Notes: a model not told the origin generated them from the sequence alone. Positions 21,098-32,344 are shown, counted from the stretch's first letter. The stretch is 64,000 nucleotides of DNA from Leptospira sp. (GCA_034439575.1 JAWXAQ010000002.1:1-64000), one strand, 5' to 3'. Program-made: numbers and translations.

Positions 21098-21526
21098 ATG
21101 GAAACAGATTGGAAGAATATGGATTCAGTCGTATTATTAATCCGCGGTGGACGCATTGCAGCGGAATTATTAGAAAATGAAATTCTTTCACTCGGGATAT
21201 CAGTTCCACAGTTGAGTATCATTTTGAGCTTATATACTCTCGGAGAAATGACTGCAAGTGATTTGTGCCAAGTGACTATGAGAGATAAAGCGAATATAAG
21301 CGCTCTTACAAAGAAATTAGAGTTAGGTGGCTTTATTCAATTAATAAAAAATAAAGAAGATTCGCGTAGTTCTTCTATTTCACTTACAGCAAAAGGTAAA
21401 AAAACAGCTCAATTAGGTCAAAAAGCACAGGCTTCTGTATCTAAGAAATTAGAAGGATTATCTACAAAGTCTGAATTTCCAAAAAATTATCTCCTCCAAC
21501 TCATTCAGAAAGTTCCATTCCGTTAA
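21098..21526 (+). CDS. MarR-family transcriptional regulator
   Basis: wHTH pattern, DKANIS..LE..G, EDSRS, LTAKG. Confidence 0.88.
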   Translation: METDWKNMDSVVLLIRGGRIAAELLENEILSLGISVPQLSIILSLYTLGEMTASDLCQVTMRDKANISALTKKLELGGFIQLIKNKEDSRSSSISLTAKGKKTAQLGQKAQASVSKKLEGLSTKSEFPKNYLLQLIQKVPFR

Positions 21527-21568
21527 TTTTTTTTATTGATATTTTATCCTAGATTCTTTAGATGAAAA

Positions 21569-21590
21569 TAGTTAGTATGCAAACTAACTA
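21569..21590. promoter_or_regulatory. Palindromic operator, probably bound by the adjacent MarR
   Basis: TAGTTAGT-atgcaa-ACTAACTA, a perfect 8-bp inverted repeat abutting the AAGGAG RBS of 21606. Confidence 0.65.
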
Positions 21591-21605
21591 AAGGAGAATA
21601 CTCGA

Positions 21606-22031
21606 ATGTCACAAATACTTCTATTTTTGACCCTGCTTATATTTGGAGCTGTAACCGTAAACGCTGAGACAAATGTGAATCGGGAACTGGAAGAAAAAAT
21701 TATTCAGTTCGTAAAGGCAGGAGATGAACAAAATCCAAATCTATTGGATGGAGTTTTGCATCCAGACTACCGTATCACATATGCTTTTCCTTGGGATACT
21801 AAGGTTAGCATTGTAAATCATGATCTGTATCGTCAAATGTTGTCGGACAAAAAATTAGGTGGTAAAAAACGTACAGTGAAGATCGAGGATATTTCGGTGA
21901 GAGGAAATATTGCCGTTGTACGAACGCGGATGCAAAGTGATGTTATGAAATTTTCTACTTTTTTTTCTCTTATTAACATAGGTGAAGGATGGAGAATCAT
22001 TGCCGACTTGCCATACGCAGAAAAAATCTAA
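21606..22031 (+). CDS. Exported NTF2/SnoaL-like (lumazine-binding-like) protein
   Basis: Signal peptide; LHPDY, I.V.GNIA.V, GWRII. Confidence 0.75.
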   Translation: MSQILLFLTLLIFGAVTVNAETNVNRELEEKIIQFVKAGDEQNPNLLDGVLHPDYRITYAFPWDTKVSIVNHDLYRQMLSDKKLGGKKRTVKIEDISVRGNIAVVRTRMQSDVMKFSTFFSLINIGEGWRIIADLPYAEKI

Positions 22032-22083
22032 ATCTTTTTGAATTGGAAGTGCAAAGGAATTGGTTTTTTGAAAACTGATTCCT

Positions 22084-22791
22084 ATGTCCAAATCTTCTAA
22101 ACCAAATACTCGATTTTTACCGAAAGGTTTGGAAATTATTTATGATGATAGGGACATACTTGTAGTTAATAAACCTGCTGGCCTTTTAACGATCGCTACA
22201 GACAAAGAAAAAACCAAAACCGCCTATGCTTCGTTAATGGATTTCGTCAAAAAGGGAGATGATCGTTCAAAAAATCGAATATTTATAGTTCATAGATTGG
22301 ATAGAGATACTTCAGGAATTCTTATCTTTGCAAAAACAGAGGCGGCAAAATTAAAATTACAATCGAACTGGGAAAATACAGACAAACGTTATATGGCTGT
22401 CACACACGGAAATTGGAAAATTAAACAAGGAACTATAAAATCTTATTTAATCGAAAATAAAGCACAGGTTGTTTATTCAACGCATGATTCTGAATCGGGG
22501 AAACTCTCTATCACAAAATATCAAATTTTGAAAGAGACGGATAAATATTCCTTAGTCAGTGTAGATTTACAAACAGGAACTAAAAATCAAATTCGGGTGC
22601 ATATGGCTGATGAAAAACATCCTATCGTCGGTGATACCAAATATGGCAATGATCAGAAAAAATACCAAAGAATGGCATTGCATGCTTTGGCGATCAAATT
22701 CCAACATCCGTTTAATGGAAAGCAGATGGAATTTCAAACTGATATACCATCGTTTATAAGTGGTTTAGTGGGCGGATATGAATTGGTTTGA
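22084..22791 (+). CDS. RluA-family pseudouridine synthase
   Basis: VNKPAGL, VHRLDRDTSG, TGTKNQIRVH, PIVGDTKYG. Confidence 0.92.
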   Translation: MSKSSKPNTRFLPKGLEIIYDDRDILVVNKPAGLLTIATDKEKTKTAYASLMDFVKKGDDRSKNRIFIVHRLDRDTSGILIFAKTEAAKLKLQSNWENTDKRYMAVTHGNWKIKQGTIKSYLIENKAQVVYSTHDSESGKLSITKYQILKETDKYSLVSVDLQTGTKNQIRVHMADEKHPIVGDTKYGNDQKKYQRMALHALAIKFQHPFNGKQMEFQTDIPSFISGLVGGYELV

Positions 22792-22887
22792 GGGGTTCTT
22801 TAATTTGATGATTTCGAATTTTTATCTTCAAAAAAGAATCCTTTTTACCTTTTGTAATTTAATAATTTTATTAAAATATGATTATCA

Positions 22888-23727
22888 TTAGTTAGTGCAG
22901 ACACTTGGAGAACCAACACATGTGTAGCTGCCCTCGACTGTGCATACATTGCTACAACCATCACCGCTATTTGTATTTCCGTCGTCGCATGGCTGATAAG
23001 ATGGTTTAACTCCATCACCACAAATATCACAAGCGACAGCTACGTTTGTGATATTGGAAGAAACTATTGTACCAGAACCATTGGCAGTGACTCCACAACT
23101 TGATGTCGTTGGTTGGGTAAACACGGTGACTGCATATGTATTATTTGTTGAGACTGTGGTTCCAAAAACAAAGGCTCCTGTTGCCGATCTAGAGAGATTG
23201 TTTGCACCATTTAACCTAAGTACGACTGTTCCAGAGTTTAAATTTCCCGTTATAGATCCACCTACAGTATGATTTGTGATGGGTGTTGTTGCAGCAGTTG
23301 TCGTAGTTGAACTTGTACCACCTGTAATCTCTAAAGTTAGAGTAAATATGGTTGTTGATCCATCTGGCCTTGTTTGTGTGATCGAATATGTTGTCGAAGC
23401 TAAGGAGGCAGTAGAGGATCCACTTAAAACGCCCGTACCGGTATCGAGTGTGATTCCAGAAGGAAGGGAAGGGGATACACTATATGTTGATCCAGATACA
23501 TGATTTGAAGGAGCTAGGTTTATGCTTTGGCCTGCTGTATAAGAAAAAGTCGTTGAAGAGGGGTAAGTGGAATTTGTTGAGGATTGCGCTGTGCCAGAGA
23601 CGAGTGCTAAACCCGCAGCCCCGATCATAGATTCATTTGATTCTTTTTCTGGTTTGATAAGATCGCAAGACAAATGTAAGCAAAAAGTTAAGAGTAAAGA
23701 AATCAATTTTAGTTTTATATTTTTCAT
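22888..23727 (-). CDS. Lipoprotein with Ig-like modules and a C-terminal myxococcal-type Cys-rich repeat
   Basis: LHLSC lipobox; SLPSGITLDTGTG.LSG (He_PIG-like); CGDG...CDDGNTNSGDGCS..C.VE..YTC. Confidence 0.8.
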   Translation of the reverse strand: MKNIKLKLISLLLTFCLHLSCDLIKPEKESNESMIGAAGLALVSGTAQSSTNSTYPSSTTFSYTAGQSINLAPSNHVSGSTYSVSPSLPSGITLDTGTGVLSGSSTASLASTTYSITQTRPDGSTTIFTLTLEITGGTSSTTTTAATTPITNHTVGGSITGNLNSGTVVLRLNGANNLSRSATGAFVFGTTVSTNNTYAVTVFTQPTTSSCGVTANGSGTIVSSNITNVAVACDICGDGVKPSYQPCDDGNTNSGDGCSNVCTVEGSYTCVGSPSVCTN

Positions 23728-23860
23728 CCGAATATTTCCTTTCGCATTTTAGTGATTAGGTTAGATTAAATAAACGGCTGTTATTTAGTCAATGGATTTC
23801 TATATATTATCAGATTGGAATTCGTATTCCCAAATGGTTAAATTTGATGCTTTTATCAAA

Positions 23861-23888
23861 TTGACACCTTTTCTCTACGATTTAATCT
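23861..23888 (+). promoter_or_regulatory. Candidate sigma70 promoter for the DUF1566 gene
   Basis: TTGACA-N16-TAATCT, 9 nt before the ATG at 23898. Confidence 0.4.
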
Positions 23889-23897
23889 GATTGTAGG

Positions 23898-25364
23898 ATG
23901 AAATATTTTCAAAACGCACAATTTATTAGATTCATTTTAATTTTTTGTGTAATGGGATTCATGTTACAAAATTGTAATCAATTGAATTTGGACAATCCAT
24001 GTGAATTGAATTCTAAACAATATTCAAATTTTCAGGTATTGAAACTTGCTACTGGGTCCGATCTTTCCAATTGTGCTCGTGTGATTGGCAATACGCAATC
24101 CACAGATTTATCTTCAAAAGTCATTACTACCTTTTCTTTTACATCCGCATTAAATGAAATTTCTAGAACCTATGAAGGAACCATTGTAGGAGATAATATC
24201 ACAATTTCCATTCCCTATGGCATTCGTAGTTCAGCCATCCCTACTTTCGCACATTCAGGAAAATCAATCCAAATCGGTGATACGATCTTAGAAAGTGGCA
24301 TCACGATTTCTAATTTTTCTTCTAACACAACTTTAAAAGTAACAGCGCAAGACGGCACAACGAAAGACTATAATTTAACAGTTATGCCTATTGTTTTAAT
24401 TCCCGACACGGCCCAAACGAGTTGTTGGGACCAAGCAGGTGCTTTACTTGGAAGTTGTTCGGGGACAGGGCATGATGGTGCTTATGAAAACATTCCTCAT
24501 ACAAGAAACTTTTCGGACCCCACTACAAAAACCGCTTATCCTTCGGATGCCATCACATACGACAAGTTAAATGGTCTGACATGGAAAACTTGCGCGGAAG
24601 GATTTTCTGGGGTTACTTGTACCACGGGGGGAACGACCCAATCCTTTGCGGCTTCGGCTACTTTATGCTCTAATTTAAATTCAACAAACTCGGGTTCTGG
24701 GTATGCGGGAAAAAAAAATTGGCGAGTGCCTACCATCATAGAATTGGCAAACCTTGCTAACTTCCAAAATGTTTCCCCAACCCTTGCCCTAGATTCAAAT
24801 AGTTTTCCAGGAACCCTTGCCGCCAATACATTTTGGTCCAGTACGCCAAATGCAAGCAATACAGCAAATTCTTGGGTTGTCAATTTTTCTTCAAATAACA
24901 TAAGTGATTTGGCCATTGCAACACTTGCCAATGTTAGGTGTGTAGCAGGTGATTTACCACCCTCTGGCAATTTTACAGACAATGGGGATTCGACTGTGAC
25001 TGACAACAATACAAAATTGGTCTGGGCAAAATGCTCTGATGGGCTTACTGGTACGACATGTACTGGAGGTGGACTCAATTCACAGATTCTTTCAACTAAC
25101 CTCACAATTTGTAATACGTACACACTAGCGGGAAAAACGTGGCGATTGCCCAATGCGAATGAACTAAGGAGCCTTATGGATTACTCACTTACGACACCGA
25201 CCTTAATTAATTCTTCATTTCCAAATACCAACGCTACTCAATATTGGACTTCATCGACTAATCCAAATACTACTACTACCGGTTTTCTTCATTATTTTAA
25301 TACTGGAAGTTTTGCTGCATTAGGGAAAGGAAGCCCACGTCCCTTTCGTTGTGTTGCGAATTAA
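23898..25364 (+). CDS. Lipoprotein with an Ig-like domain and two DUF1566 (Lcl C-terminal) domains
   Basis: MLQNC lipobox; VTAQDGTTKDY; two copies of L.W..C..G...WR.P...EL...FP....W.S...RCV. Confidence 0.85.
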   Translation: MKYFQNAQFIRFILIFCVMGFMLQNCNQLNLDNPCELNSKQYSNFQVLKLATGSDLSNCARVIGNTQSTDLSSKVITTFSFTSALNEISRTYEGTIVGDNITISIPYGIRSSAIPTFAHSGKSIQIGDTILESGITISNFSSNTTLKVTAQDGTTKDYNLTVMPIVLIPDTAQTSCWDQAGALLGSCSGTGHDGAYENIPHTRNFSDPTTKTAYPSDAITYDKLNGLTWKTCAEGFSGVTCTTGGTTQSFAASATLCSNLNSTNSGSGYAGKKNWRVPTIIELANLANFQNVSPTLALDSNSFPGTLAANTFWSSTPNASNTANSWVVNFSSNNISDLAIATLANVRCVAGDLPPSGNFTDNGDSTVTDNNTKLVWAKCSDGLTGTTCTGGGLNSQILSTNLTICNTYTLAGKTWRLPNANELRSLMDYSLTTPTLINSSFPNTNATQYWTSSTNPNTTTTGFLHYFNTGSFAALGKGSPRPFRCVAN

Positions 25365-25369
25365 AAAAG

Positions 25370-25405
25370 GAAATTCATATTAGAAAACTATATATTATGA
25401 ATTTC
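25370..25405. terminator. AT-rich inverted repeat after the DUF1566 gene, possible terminator
   Basis: GAAATTCATA...TATGAATTTC. Confidence 0.4.
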
Positions 25406-25481
25406 GAATCATTGAAATCAAATTGAGAATTTTAATTATTGAAATGTAACTTAATAATAATCGATTTGCGGTAATCAACTG

Positions 25482-26217
25482 TTATGCGAAATGACTTTAT
25501 TTTTTAATTGAGAATGAAATAAATGGAAATGAGTATCGGAAAAAAATATGATAAAATAGCTCAATGGTGGCATCAACATCACTTTCTTTCCAATTACGGA
25601 ATTCCTCAAATTGAAAGAGCAATTAATTTTACTAATATTCGAAATTCAGCATTGGATATAGGTTGCGGAAGCGGCGGAAGAATTATTAGGAAGTTACTTT
25701 TGGAAGGATTTAATATCACTGCCATAGATGCTTCCATTGAAATGATTAATATTGGTAAAAGTATTCATAATAATGTTGAATTTATTCACGCAGATATATT
25801 GGATTGGAAATCAGAGAAGAAATTTGACCTCATAATTGCTTGGGATAGCATCTTTCATATTCCTATGCATAAGCATGAAAGTTTATTATATAAACTCTCT
25901 AATTTACTTACGCAGAATGGCATTCTTATTTATTCTTTTGGAAATGATTTTGGAGAGCATGTAAGCGATTGGCATGGAGAAAAATTCCCATACGCTTCAA
26001 TTGGAATTAATCAAAATATAAGTAAAATCATGGAATCAGGTTGTCAAATTTTGCATTTAGAATTAGATCAATATCCAGAAAAACATGTTTATATGATTGC
26101 AAAAAAATGTAACATGAAAATTGCGTAACTTCATATAACTTCGGCCTGCCGCATCGCTCAGTGACTTACGCCACTTACGGAGGCTAATCTATTGGCAACT
26201 TCGACTTGCCTAGTTAG
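25482..26217 (+). mobile_element. Solitary integron-like gene cassette
   Basis: Begins G|TTATGCGAAAT (GTTRRRY-like) and contains one ORF. Ends in a GC-richer imperfect inverted repeat starting at ATATAAC (26133) and ending at G|TT (26217). Confidence 0.6.
25523..26128 (+). CDS. Class I SAM-dependent methyltransferase
   Basis: ALDIGCGSG, IDAS, HADI, FDLIIAWDSIFH. Confidence 0.92.
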   Translation: MEMSIGKKYDKIAQWWHQHHFLSNYGIPQIERAINFTNIRNSALDIGCGSGGRIIRKLLLEGFNITAIDASIEMINIGKSIHNNVEFIHADILDWKSEKKFDLIIAWDSIFHIPMHKHESLLYKLSNLLTQNGILIYSFGNDFGEHVSDWHGEKFPYASIGINQNISKIMESGCQILHLELDQYPEKHVYMIAKKCNMKIA

Positions 26218-26223
26218 TTACTC
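26133..26223 (+). repeat. Degenerate attC-like site
   Basis: TTCATATAAC matches the reverse complement of the cassette's first bases (TTCGCATAAC) at 8/10; inner arms GGCCTGCCG and CGACTTGCC pair at 6/9. Confidence 0.55.
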
Positions 26224-26547
26224 GGCATCACCAACAACTAAGTGATTGTACTTTTCAGGTGAGTCTTCTAGTAAATAATGGGCAATCAGTAAATCGATGT
26301 CTTCTTCTGTGCGGAGGCGAAACCATTTGCCTTCAGGGTAGGATACTTGGATAGGACCAAGTTCACATCTATCCAAACATCCTGCTCTTTGAATTCGGAA
26401 TTTATAATTGATACCAGCTTTCACCGATTTTTGTTTGAGAAGTTTTAGGATTTCTCCTGAGCCTTGCCTTCCACAAGATACTCGTTCGCCGGGAGCTCTT
26501 TCGTTTTCACAAACAAAGATATGTTTCTCATAAAACTGATTAGGCAT
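26218..26547 (-). CDS. Thioredoxin-like [2Fe-2S] ferredoxin
   Basis: HIFVCENER...SC...[16 protein letters not shown]. Likely start is ATG 26547, overlapping the gcvP stop. Confidence 0.9.
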   Translation of the reverse strand: MPNQFYEKHIFVCENERAPGERVSCGRQGSGEILKLLKQKSVKAGINYKFRIQRAGCLDRCELGPIQVSYPEGKWFRLRTEEDIDLLIAHYLLEDSPEKYNHLVVGDAE

Positions 26548-29452
26548 AACTTTCCATAGGAATACAAGAACAAATAAGATTTCTATCTCCATAGACATTA
26601 TCCACTCTTCCTACACTTGGCCAAAATTTTCTAGTTCGTATCCATGGGAGTGGGTATGCGGCTCTTTCTCTCGTATAACTGTGATTCCATGAATCAGATA
26701 TGACCATTTCCGCTGTATGTGGGGCATTTTTTAAAGGATTGTCTGTTTTATCCAATACACCATTTTCGATATCTTTGATTTCATTGGCAATGGACAACAT
26801 AGCATCGATAAAACGGTCGAGCTCTTCTTTGGATTCTGATTCGGTAGGTTCTACCATAAGAGTACCTGGTACGGGAAAAGACATGGTCGGTGAATGGAAA
26901 CCATAATCCATTAGTCGTTTGGCGATATCTTCTACTTCAACTAAAGAAACTTTTTTAAAACCTCGAATGTCCAAAATACATTCATGAGCAACTAGCCCTT
27001 TGTTTCCTTTGTACAATACAGGGAAAGCATCTGATAAACGTTTGGCGATATAATTGGCATTTAAGATCGCAAGTTTTGTCGCATGTTTTAATCCTTCAAA
27101 TCCAAGCATAGCGATGTATGCCCAAGAGATGACGATGATGGATGCGGAACCCCAAGGAGCCGATGTGACAGCACCTTGTCCATTGTTTGATCCATTTTCA
27201 ATCATACTATGACCTGGTAAAAATGGCGCTAGGTGTTCTGCGACACCAATTGGCCCAACACCTGGACCACCACCACCATGAGGGATACAGAAAGTTTTAT
27301 GTAAATTTAAATGACAAACATCAGCACCAATATCTGCAGGTCTTGTGAGTCCGACTTGTGCATTCATATTGGCACCATCCATATAAACTTGGCCACCGTT
27401 CTCATGAATGATATTGCAAATTTCTTGGATGGATTCTTCAAAGACACCGTGTGTTGATGGATAGGTGACCATGAGAGCACCCAAATCATCTTTATGTTCG
27501 ATGGCTTTTTTCTTTAAATCACTTACATCTATATTTCCATTTTCATCACAGGCAACGACCACAACTTGGAATCCAGCCATCACAGCTGATGCGGGATTTG
27601 TTCCATGGGCCGAGACTGGGATCAAACAAATATTTCTATGATTATCGTTCCTACTTTGATGGTAATTTCGAATGGCAAGTAAGCCAGCATATTCACCTTG
27701 CGAACCTGCGTTAGGTTGGAGGGAAACTTCCGCAAAACCAGTAATTTCACATAACCATTTTTCTAATTGTCCAAATAGTTTTCTGTAACCTTCTGTTTGA
27801 TTTTCTGGAACAAATGGATGGATGCTCGCAAGTTCTGGCCAAGTGACAGGATACATCTCGGTGGATGCATTTAACTTCATCGTACAAGATCCGAGTGCAA
27901 TCATCGAAGTGGTTAACGATAGATCTTTGGCTTCGAGTCTGCGAATGTAGCGTAACATTTCAGTTTCTGTATGGAAACTATTGAAAACTGGATGAGTTAA
28001 ATACTCGGATTTTCTTTCTAATAATTCTGGTATGGCCCACTCTTTTTTTTTGGAAAGTTCTTCCAGAGAAAAATGTATAACTTTGTTTTCATTAAATACC
28101 TCTAACAAATCTTGAATGTCGGCAAGAGTCGTTGTTTCATCCAAAGAAATGCTGATTACATGTTGAGATACAGAACGTAAATTGATTTCTTTTTCTTCCG
28201 CATAATGGATGATTTCCGAAGAAGTAACTTTTGTTAATTCGACACGCAATGTATCAAAATAAGGTTTGGAAATGACTTTAAATCCCAGTTTTTCAAGGCC
28301 TGTGGCAAGTAGGGTTGTCATTCTATGAACTCTGGCAGCAATTTGTTTCAAACCTTGTGGCCCATGATAAATCGCGTACATTGAAGACAGAACTGCAAGT
28401 AATACTTGCGCAGTACAGATATTAGATGTCGCTTTGTCTCTACGAATATGTTGTTCACGAGTTTGTAATGATAGCCGATATCCGGGTTTTCCTTGAGAAT
28501 CTTTGGACACACCGATAAGGCGACCAGGCATATTACGTTTGTATTCTTCTTTTGTCGCGAAAAACCCAGCATGTGGACCACCAAAGCCGAGTGGCAATCC
28601 AAATCTTTGTGTGCTTCCCACTACAACATCCGCATCCATTTCACCCGGTGGTTTTAATATCGTTAATGCAAGTATGTCGGCGGCTACAACGGCTTTGGCA
28701 CCTACAGCGTGTAAACTTTTGATAAATTCGCTAAAATCAAAAACCGTTCCATCGCTAGATGGGTATTGGACAATGGCTCCGAAAAAATCATTTGATGGAA
28801 CCATCTTTTTGAAAGATCCTACCACGATATTGATCCCAAGAGGTATGGCGCGAGTGCGAATCACATCTAAGGTTTGTGGATGAACGGATTGCGAAACAAA
28901 AAAAGATTTTCCTTGGGCTTCCTCTTTCAAAGCGTATAACATAGACATGGCTTCCGCCGCCGCAGTTCCTTCATCTAACAAAGAAGCATTCGCGATTTCC
29001 ATTCCAGTCAAATCAGTGATCATCGTTTGGAAATTGATAAGGGCTTCCATACGACCTTGTGCAATTTCTGCTTGGTAAGGAGTGTAAGCCGTGTACCAAC
29101 CTGGATTTTCTAAGATATTTCTTTGGATCACTGGTGGCGTGATACATGCGTTATATCCTAGTCCTAGATAAGACCGATAGACTTTGTTTTTAGAAACGAT
29201 TTTTTTTAATTCTTTTTGTAATGCGAATTCACCGAGCGGAGAAGGAAGTTCCAAAGTTTTTTTCAGACGAATATTTTTTGGAACTGCATCATCGATTAGC
29301 CCATCCAATTCCTTATAACCAATCGTTTGTAACATTTCAGCAATGCGTGTGGCATCAGAACCGACGTGTCTTCTTAAAAACGTATCACTGGGATGTAATG
29401 TTTCATCGAAAGTATGATCTGTGGAAGAAAGAGAATGGGAAGATGTTTTCAC
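26540..29452 (-). CDS. gcvP: Glycine dehydrogenase (decarboxylating), P protein
   Basis: [22 protein letters not shown]-lysine motif, DNVYGDRNL; 970 aa. Confidence 0.98.
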   Translation of the reverse strand: MKTSSHSLSSTDHTFDETLHPSDTFLRRHVGSDATRIAEMLQTIGYKELDGLIDDAVPKNIRLKKTLELPSPLGEFALQKELKKIVSKNKVYRSYLGLGYNACITPPVIQRNILENPGWYTAYTPYQAEIAQGRMEALINFQTMITDLTGMEIANASLLDEGTAAAEAMSMLYALKEEAQGKSFFVSQSVHPQTLDVIRTRAIPLGINIVVGSFKKMVPSNDFFGAIVQYPSSDGTVFDFSEFIKSLHAVGAKAVVAADILALTILKPPGEMDADVVVGSTQRFGLPLGFGGPHAGFFATKEEYKRNMPGRLIGVSKDSQGKPGYRLSLQTREQHIRRDKATSNICTAQVLLAVLSSMYAIYHGPQGLKQIAARVHRMTTLLATGLEKLGFKVISKPYFDTLRVELTKVTSSEIIHYAEEKEINLRSVSQHVISISLDETTTLADIQDLLEVFNENKVIHFSLEELSKKKEWAIPELLERKSEYLTHPVFNSFHTETEMLRYIRRLEAKDLSLTTSMIALGSCTMKLNASTEMYPVTWPELASIHPFVPENQTEGYRKLFGQLEKWLCEITGFAEVSLQPNAGSQGEYAGLLAIRNYHQSRNDNHRNICLIPVSAHGTNPASAVMAGFQVVVVACDENGNIDVSDLKKKAIEHKDDLGALMVTYPSTHGVFEESIQEICNIIHENGGQVYMDGANMNAQVGLTRPADIGADVCHLNLHKTFCIPHGGGGPGVGPIGVAEHLAPFLPGHSMIENGSNNGQGAVTSAPWGSASIIVISWAYIAMLGFEGLKHATKLAILNANYIAKRLSDAFPVLYKGNKGLVAHECILDIRGFKKVSLVEVEDIAKRLMDYGFHSPTMSFPVPGTLMVEPTESESKEELDRFIDAMLSIANEIKDIENGVLDKTDNPLKNAPHTAEMVISDSWNHSYTRERAAYPLPWIRTRKFWPSVGRVDNVYGDRNLICSCIPMESYA

Positions 29453-29468
29453 AACAAAACTCCGAGTT

Positions 29469-29861
29469 TTAATCTAATTTGGAAACGTATTCTTTGTACT
29501 TAGATGCACTTAAAAGTGATCCAAGTTCGGATGAATTGATACCTTTAAGTTTGACCATCCAAGTTGTAAAAGGTTCAGAATTTACACTGCCTGGATTGGA
29601 ACTAAGGGAGGCATTGATTTCTACCACCTCACCTGAAATAGGTGAATATAGATCTTCTGCAGCTTTTACGGATTCGATAGTGCCTAAACTATCTTTTTGG
29701 CTGATTTTTTTACCAGGCTTTGGTAAATCGATAAACACGATATCACCTAATGCGTTTTGTGCGAAGTCAGTAATGCCGATGAGAGCAATATCGCCATCAA
29801 CCTTGACCCATTCATGTTTTTCTGTGTAGTAGTAACCTTCTAAAGCATTTGTTTCAGCCAT
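29469..29861 (-). CDS. gcvH: Glycine cleavage H protein
   Basis: HEWV, GITDFAQ, IESVKAA lipoyl-lysine motif. Confidence 0.97.
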   Translation of the reverse strand: MAETNALEGYYYTEKHEWVKVDGDIALIGITDFAQNALGDIVFIDLPKPGKKISQKDSLGTIESVKAAEDLYSPISGEVVEINASLSSNPGSVNSEPFTTWMVKLKGINSSELGSLLSASKYKEYVSKLD

Positions 29862-29879
29862 GTTTTTTCTCCGATGAAT

Positions 29880-31001
29880 TTATTTTGATGTTGTATTGAC
29901 TCTAACACTTCCCTTGATAAAGGGAGATGTATCTACCATGGCTTTTTTCTTTTGACCACGTATTTCTACAAAAACTTCTGTTTGGTTTTTGGTATAAGGA
30001 AATTCTAAGATGGCAAGACCTAAGGATTCTTTTCTAGATGGGGAATGAGTTCCAGAGGTAGTTTTTCCGATTTCTTTTCCATCTTGAGAAAAAATAGGAA
30101 AATTTTCACGTAACACACCTGGTTCTTGTAAGATGATTCCGACAACTTTCTTTTTTGGCGAATTCTTTTTATCATTTTGAATTCTTTCATAAGCAAAGTA
30201 AGGTATTGGTTTTTCTTTAACGATAAACCCGATACCAGACTCTACTGGTGACCATTCATCATTCAATTCATGACCGTATAACGGATACTTTGCTTCTAAA
30301 CGGAGTGTATCTCTGGCTCCAAGTCCAACTGGCACAAGGCCCAGTGGTTTTCCAACTTGCAACAAAGCATTCCAAAGTTTGATACCTAGTGATTTTGATG
30401 TATAAATTTCAAATCCATCTTCGCCCGTATAACCAGTTCTTGATACGATGATCGTTTCACCTTGAAAGGGAATTTCTATAAAATGATAATAGAGTAAACT
30501 GTTTAGTTCACGACCAAGATATAATTCTAATATTTGGTTCGCATTTGGTCCTTGCATAGCAAGTTGGTGCCAATTCGCACTGACATCTTCCACCTTACAG
30601 GTTCCAGATGTAAATTTTTGTAAATGCGCTGCTACTTTTTCATAATTGGAAGCATTGGAACAAATCATATACTTCGTATCTGAAAATTTATAAATTGTAA
30701 CATCATCTACGAGTCCACCTGATTCGTTGAGAATGGCATTGTACTGAACTTGACCTTCATACATAGATGAGACGATATTGCAGGTAACTTTTTCTAAAAG
30801 AGATAGAATGTCTTCTTTGTTGCCTGTGATAAAAATTTCTCCCATATGTGAAACATCGAAGAGACCTGCATGAGTTCTAGTCGCGAGATGTTCTTGTATG
30901 ATACCAGTATATTGAACAGGCATGTCCCAACCACCAAAGGGCACCATTTTCGCGCCTAGGTCTCTATGATATTGATTGAGTGGAGTGCTTTTTAATTCCA
31001 A
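29880..31001 (-). CDS. gcvT: Glycine cleavage aminomethyltransferase T
   Basis: [41 protein letters not shown]. Confidence 0.97.
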   Translation of the reverse strand: MELKSTPLNQYHRDLGAKMVPFGGWDMPVQYTGIIQEHLATRTHAGLFDVSHMGEIFITGNKEDILSLLEKVTCNIVSSMYEGQVQYNAILNESGGLVDDVTIYKFSDTKYMICSNASNYEKVAAHLQKFTSGTCKVEDVSANWHQLAMQGPNANQILELYLGRELNSLLYYHFIEIPFQGETIIVSRTGYTGEDGFEIYTSKSLGIKLWNALLQVGKPLGLVPVGLGARDTLRLEAKYPLYGHELNDEWSPVESGIGFIVKEKPIPYFAYERIQNDKKNSPKKKVVGIILQEPGVLRENFPIFSQDGKEIGKTTSGTHSPSRKESLGLAILEFPYTKNQTEVFVEIRGQKKKAMVDTSPFIKGSVRVNTTSK

Positions 31002-31096
31002 TGTCTTCTCTCTTATTGCCTGTCGTTTTTTTAGCGACGTAATACCATGGAAAAATCTTTTCTTGGCAGTGGAATTCGATTTTTTTATAAAAAATA

Positions 31097-32116
31097 ATGC
31101 AAAGAGAAGTTTATAGAGTCATAAAACCAGGTTCCATCCAAGATCTTTCCAAAAGAATAGAAGAACTCCCTCCACCAAACGATGATGAGATAACTGTCCA
31201 AGTACGGGCAATTGGCTTAAACTTTGCTGATATATTTGCAATTTATGGATTATATTCTGCGACTCCGAAAGAATCTTTTGTACCAGGACTTGAGTATGCA
31301 GGTGTCATCATAGCAAAAGGAAAGAATGTAAAAAAATTCAAAGAAGGTGATTCCATCTATGGAACAACACGTTTCGGTGCGTATGCTACTCATCTAAATA
31401 TAAATCAAAATTATATTTATTCATTACCAAAAGATTGGAGTTTCGCACAAGGAGCATCCTATTCAGTGCAAGCTCTGACTGCTTATTATGCATTAGTACC
31501 ACTTGGTAATATACAAAAATCACAAACAATTTTAATTCATAGTGGTGCCGGTGGTGTTGGACTCTATGCAAATCAAATCGCAAAAAAATGGAATGCATAT
31601 ACAATTGCACTCATTGGTAGTGAATCAAAGATACAAATGATAAAAAATGTTGGTTATGATGATTATATTTTACGATCATCACATTTTAAAAATGATTTAA
31701 TGAAAAAATTATCAGGCAAACGATTAGATTTGGTGCTCGAATGTATGGGAGGTCATTATTTTCAGGACAGTTATGACTTATTATCACCAATGGGAAGACT
31801 CATAACATATGGAAGTGCAGTCTTCACACCACAATCATCGTATAGAAATTGGATCAAGATCGCATATCAGTATCTCATTCGACCAAAAATTGATCCATTG
31901 AAGATGATTTCAGATAATAAATCTGTTATGGGATTCAATTTAATATGGTTATGGAATGAAATTAATGAATTAAAAAAACATTTTGATGCACTTCAATCGT
32001 TAAACTTACGTCCTCAAGTGATTGGTGAATCATTTTCTTTCGAAAATATGAAAGATGCATTAGAAAAATTTAAAAAAGGTAACACGATTGGTAAAATAAT
32101 CATCAATGTTCCGTAG
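31097..32116 (+). CDS. MDR-family (VAT-1/quinone-reductase-like) oxidoreductase
   Basis: [23 protein letters not shown]. Confidence 0.88.
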   Translation: MQREVYRVIKPGSIQDLSKRIEELPPPNDDEITVQVRAIGLNFADIFAIYGLYSATPKESFVPGLEYAGVIIAKGKNVKKFKEGDSIYGTTRFGAYATHLNINQNYIYSLPKDWSFAQGASYSVQALTAYYALVPLGNIQKSQTILIHSGAGGVGLYANQIAKKWNAYTIALIGSESKIQMIKNVGYDDYILRSSHFKNDLMKKLSGKRLDLVLECMGGHYFQDSYDLLSPMGRLITYGSAVFTPQSSYRNWIKIAYQYLIRPKIDPLKMISDNKSVMGFNLIWLWNEINELKKHFDALQSLNLRPQVIGESFSFENMKDALEKFKKGNTIGKIIINVP

Positions 32117-32269
32117 AATCAGTATTAGTTTGCAAAAAAATTAAAATAAATTCCTGTAAAAAATAAAATTTCTTTACATTAAAATTGATATGAATTAATT
32201 ATGTCGTATCAAACTACTTTATCCGCCAAGGAATATGGTAGTTTGAAATTAAAGATAAGGACGATCACA

Positions 32270-32344
32270 ATGGTTGCTAAAAAGAAAGCCGCAAAAAAGA
32301 AAGCCGCTAAGAAAAAGGCCGCAAAGAAAAAAGCTAAGAAATAA
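32270..32344 (+). CDS. 24-aa Lys/Ala-rich small protein MVAKKKAAKKKAAKKKAAKKKAKK (histone-H1-tail-like); missing from the ORF track
   Basis: TAAGGA RBS 8 nt upstream; four 15-nt repeats differing only at synonymous third positions; own terminator. Confidence 0.8.
   Translation: MVAKKKAAKKKAAKKKAAKKKAKK

Noticed and set aside
24536-25153. Long antisense ORFs (also 39925-40347, 44791-45177, 14395-14859, 28503-28883)
   Set aside because: Shadows of well-supported genes, especially Ser/Thr/Gly-rich ones; no motifs of their own.
23898-25364. DUF1566 gene as a diversity-generating retroelement target
   Set aside because: No reverse transcriptase and no template repeat differing at adenines in the window; the two domains are too diverged. 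Cannot be excluded in trans.
25444-25487. A second complete attC upstream of the cassette (ATGTAAC...GTTATGC)
   Set aside because: Only 44 nt with no convincing inner stem; at most a remnant.
31002-31096. Glycine riboswitch upstream of gcvT
   Set aside because: Only 95 nt, shared with a divergent gene; no recognisable aptamer motifs.
32276-32335. 15-nt tandem repeat as a CRISPR or VNTR
   Set aside because: No spacers; variation is purely synonymous, so it is better explained as coding.
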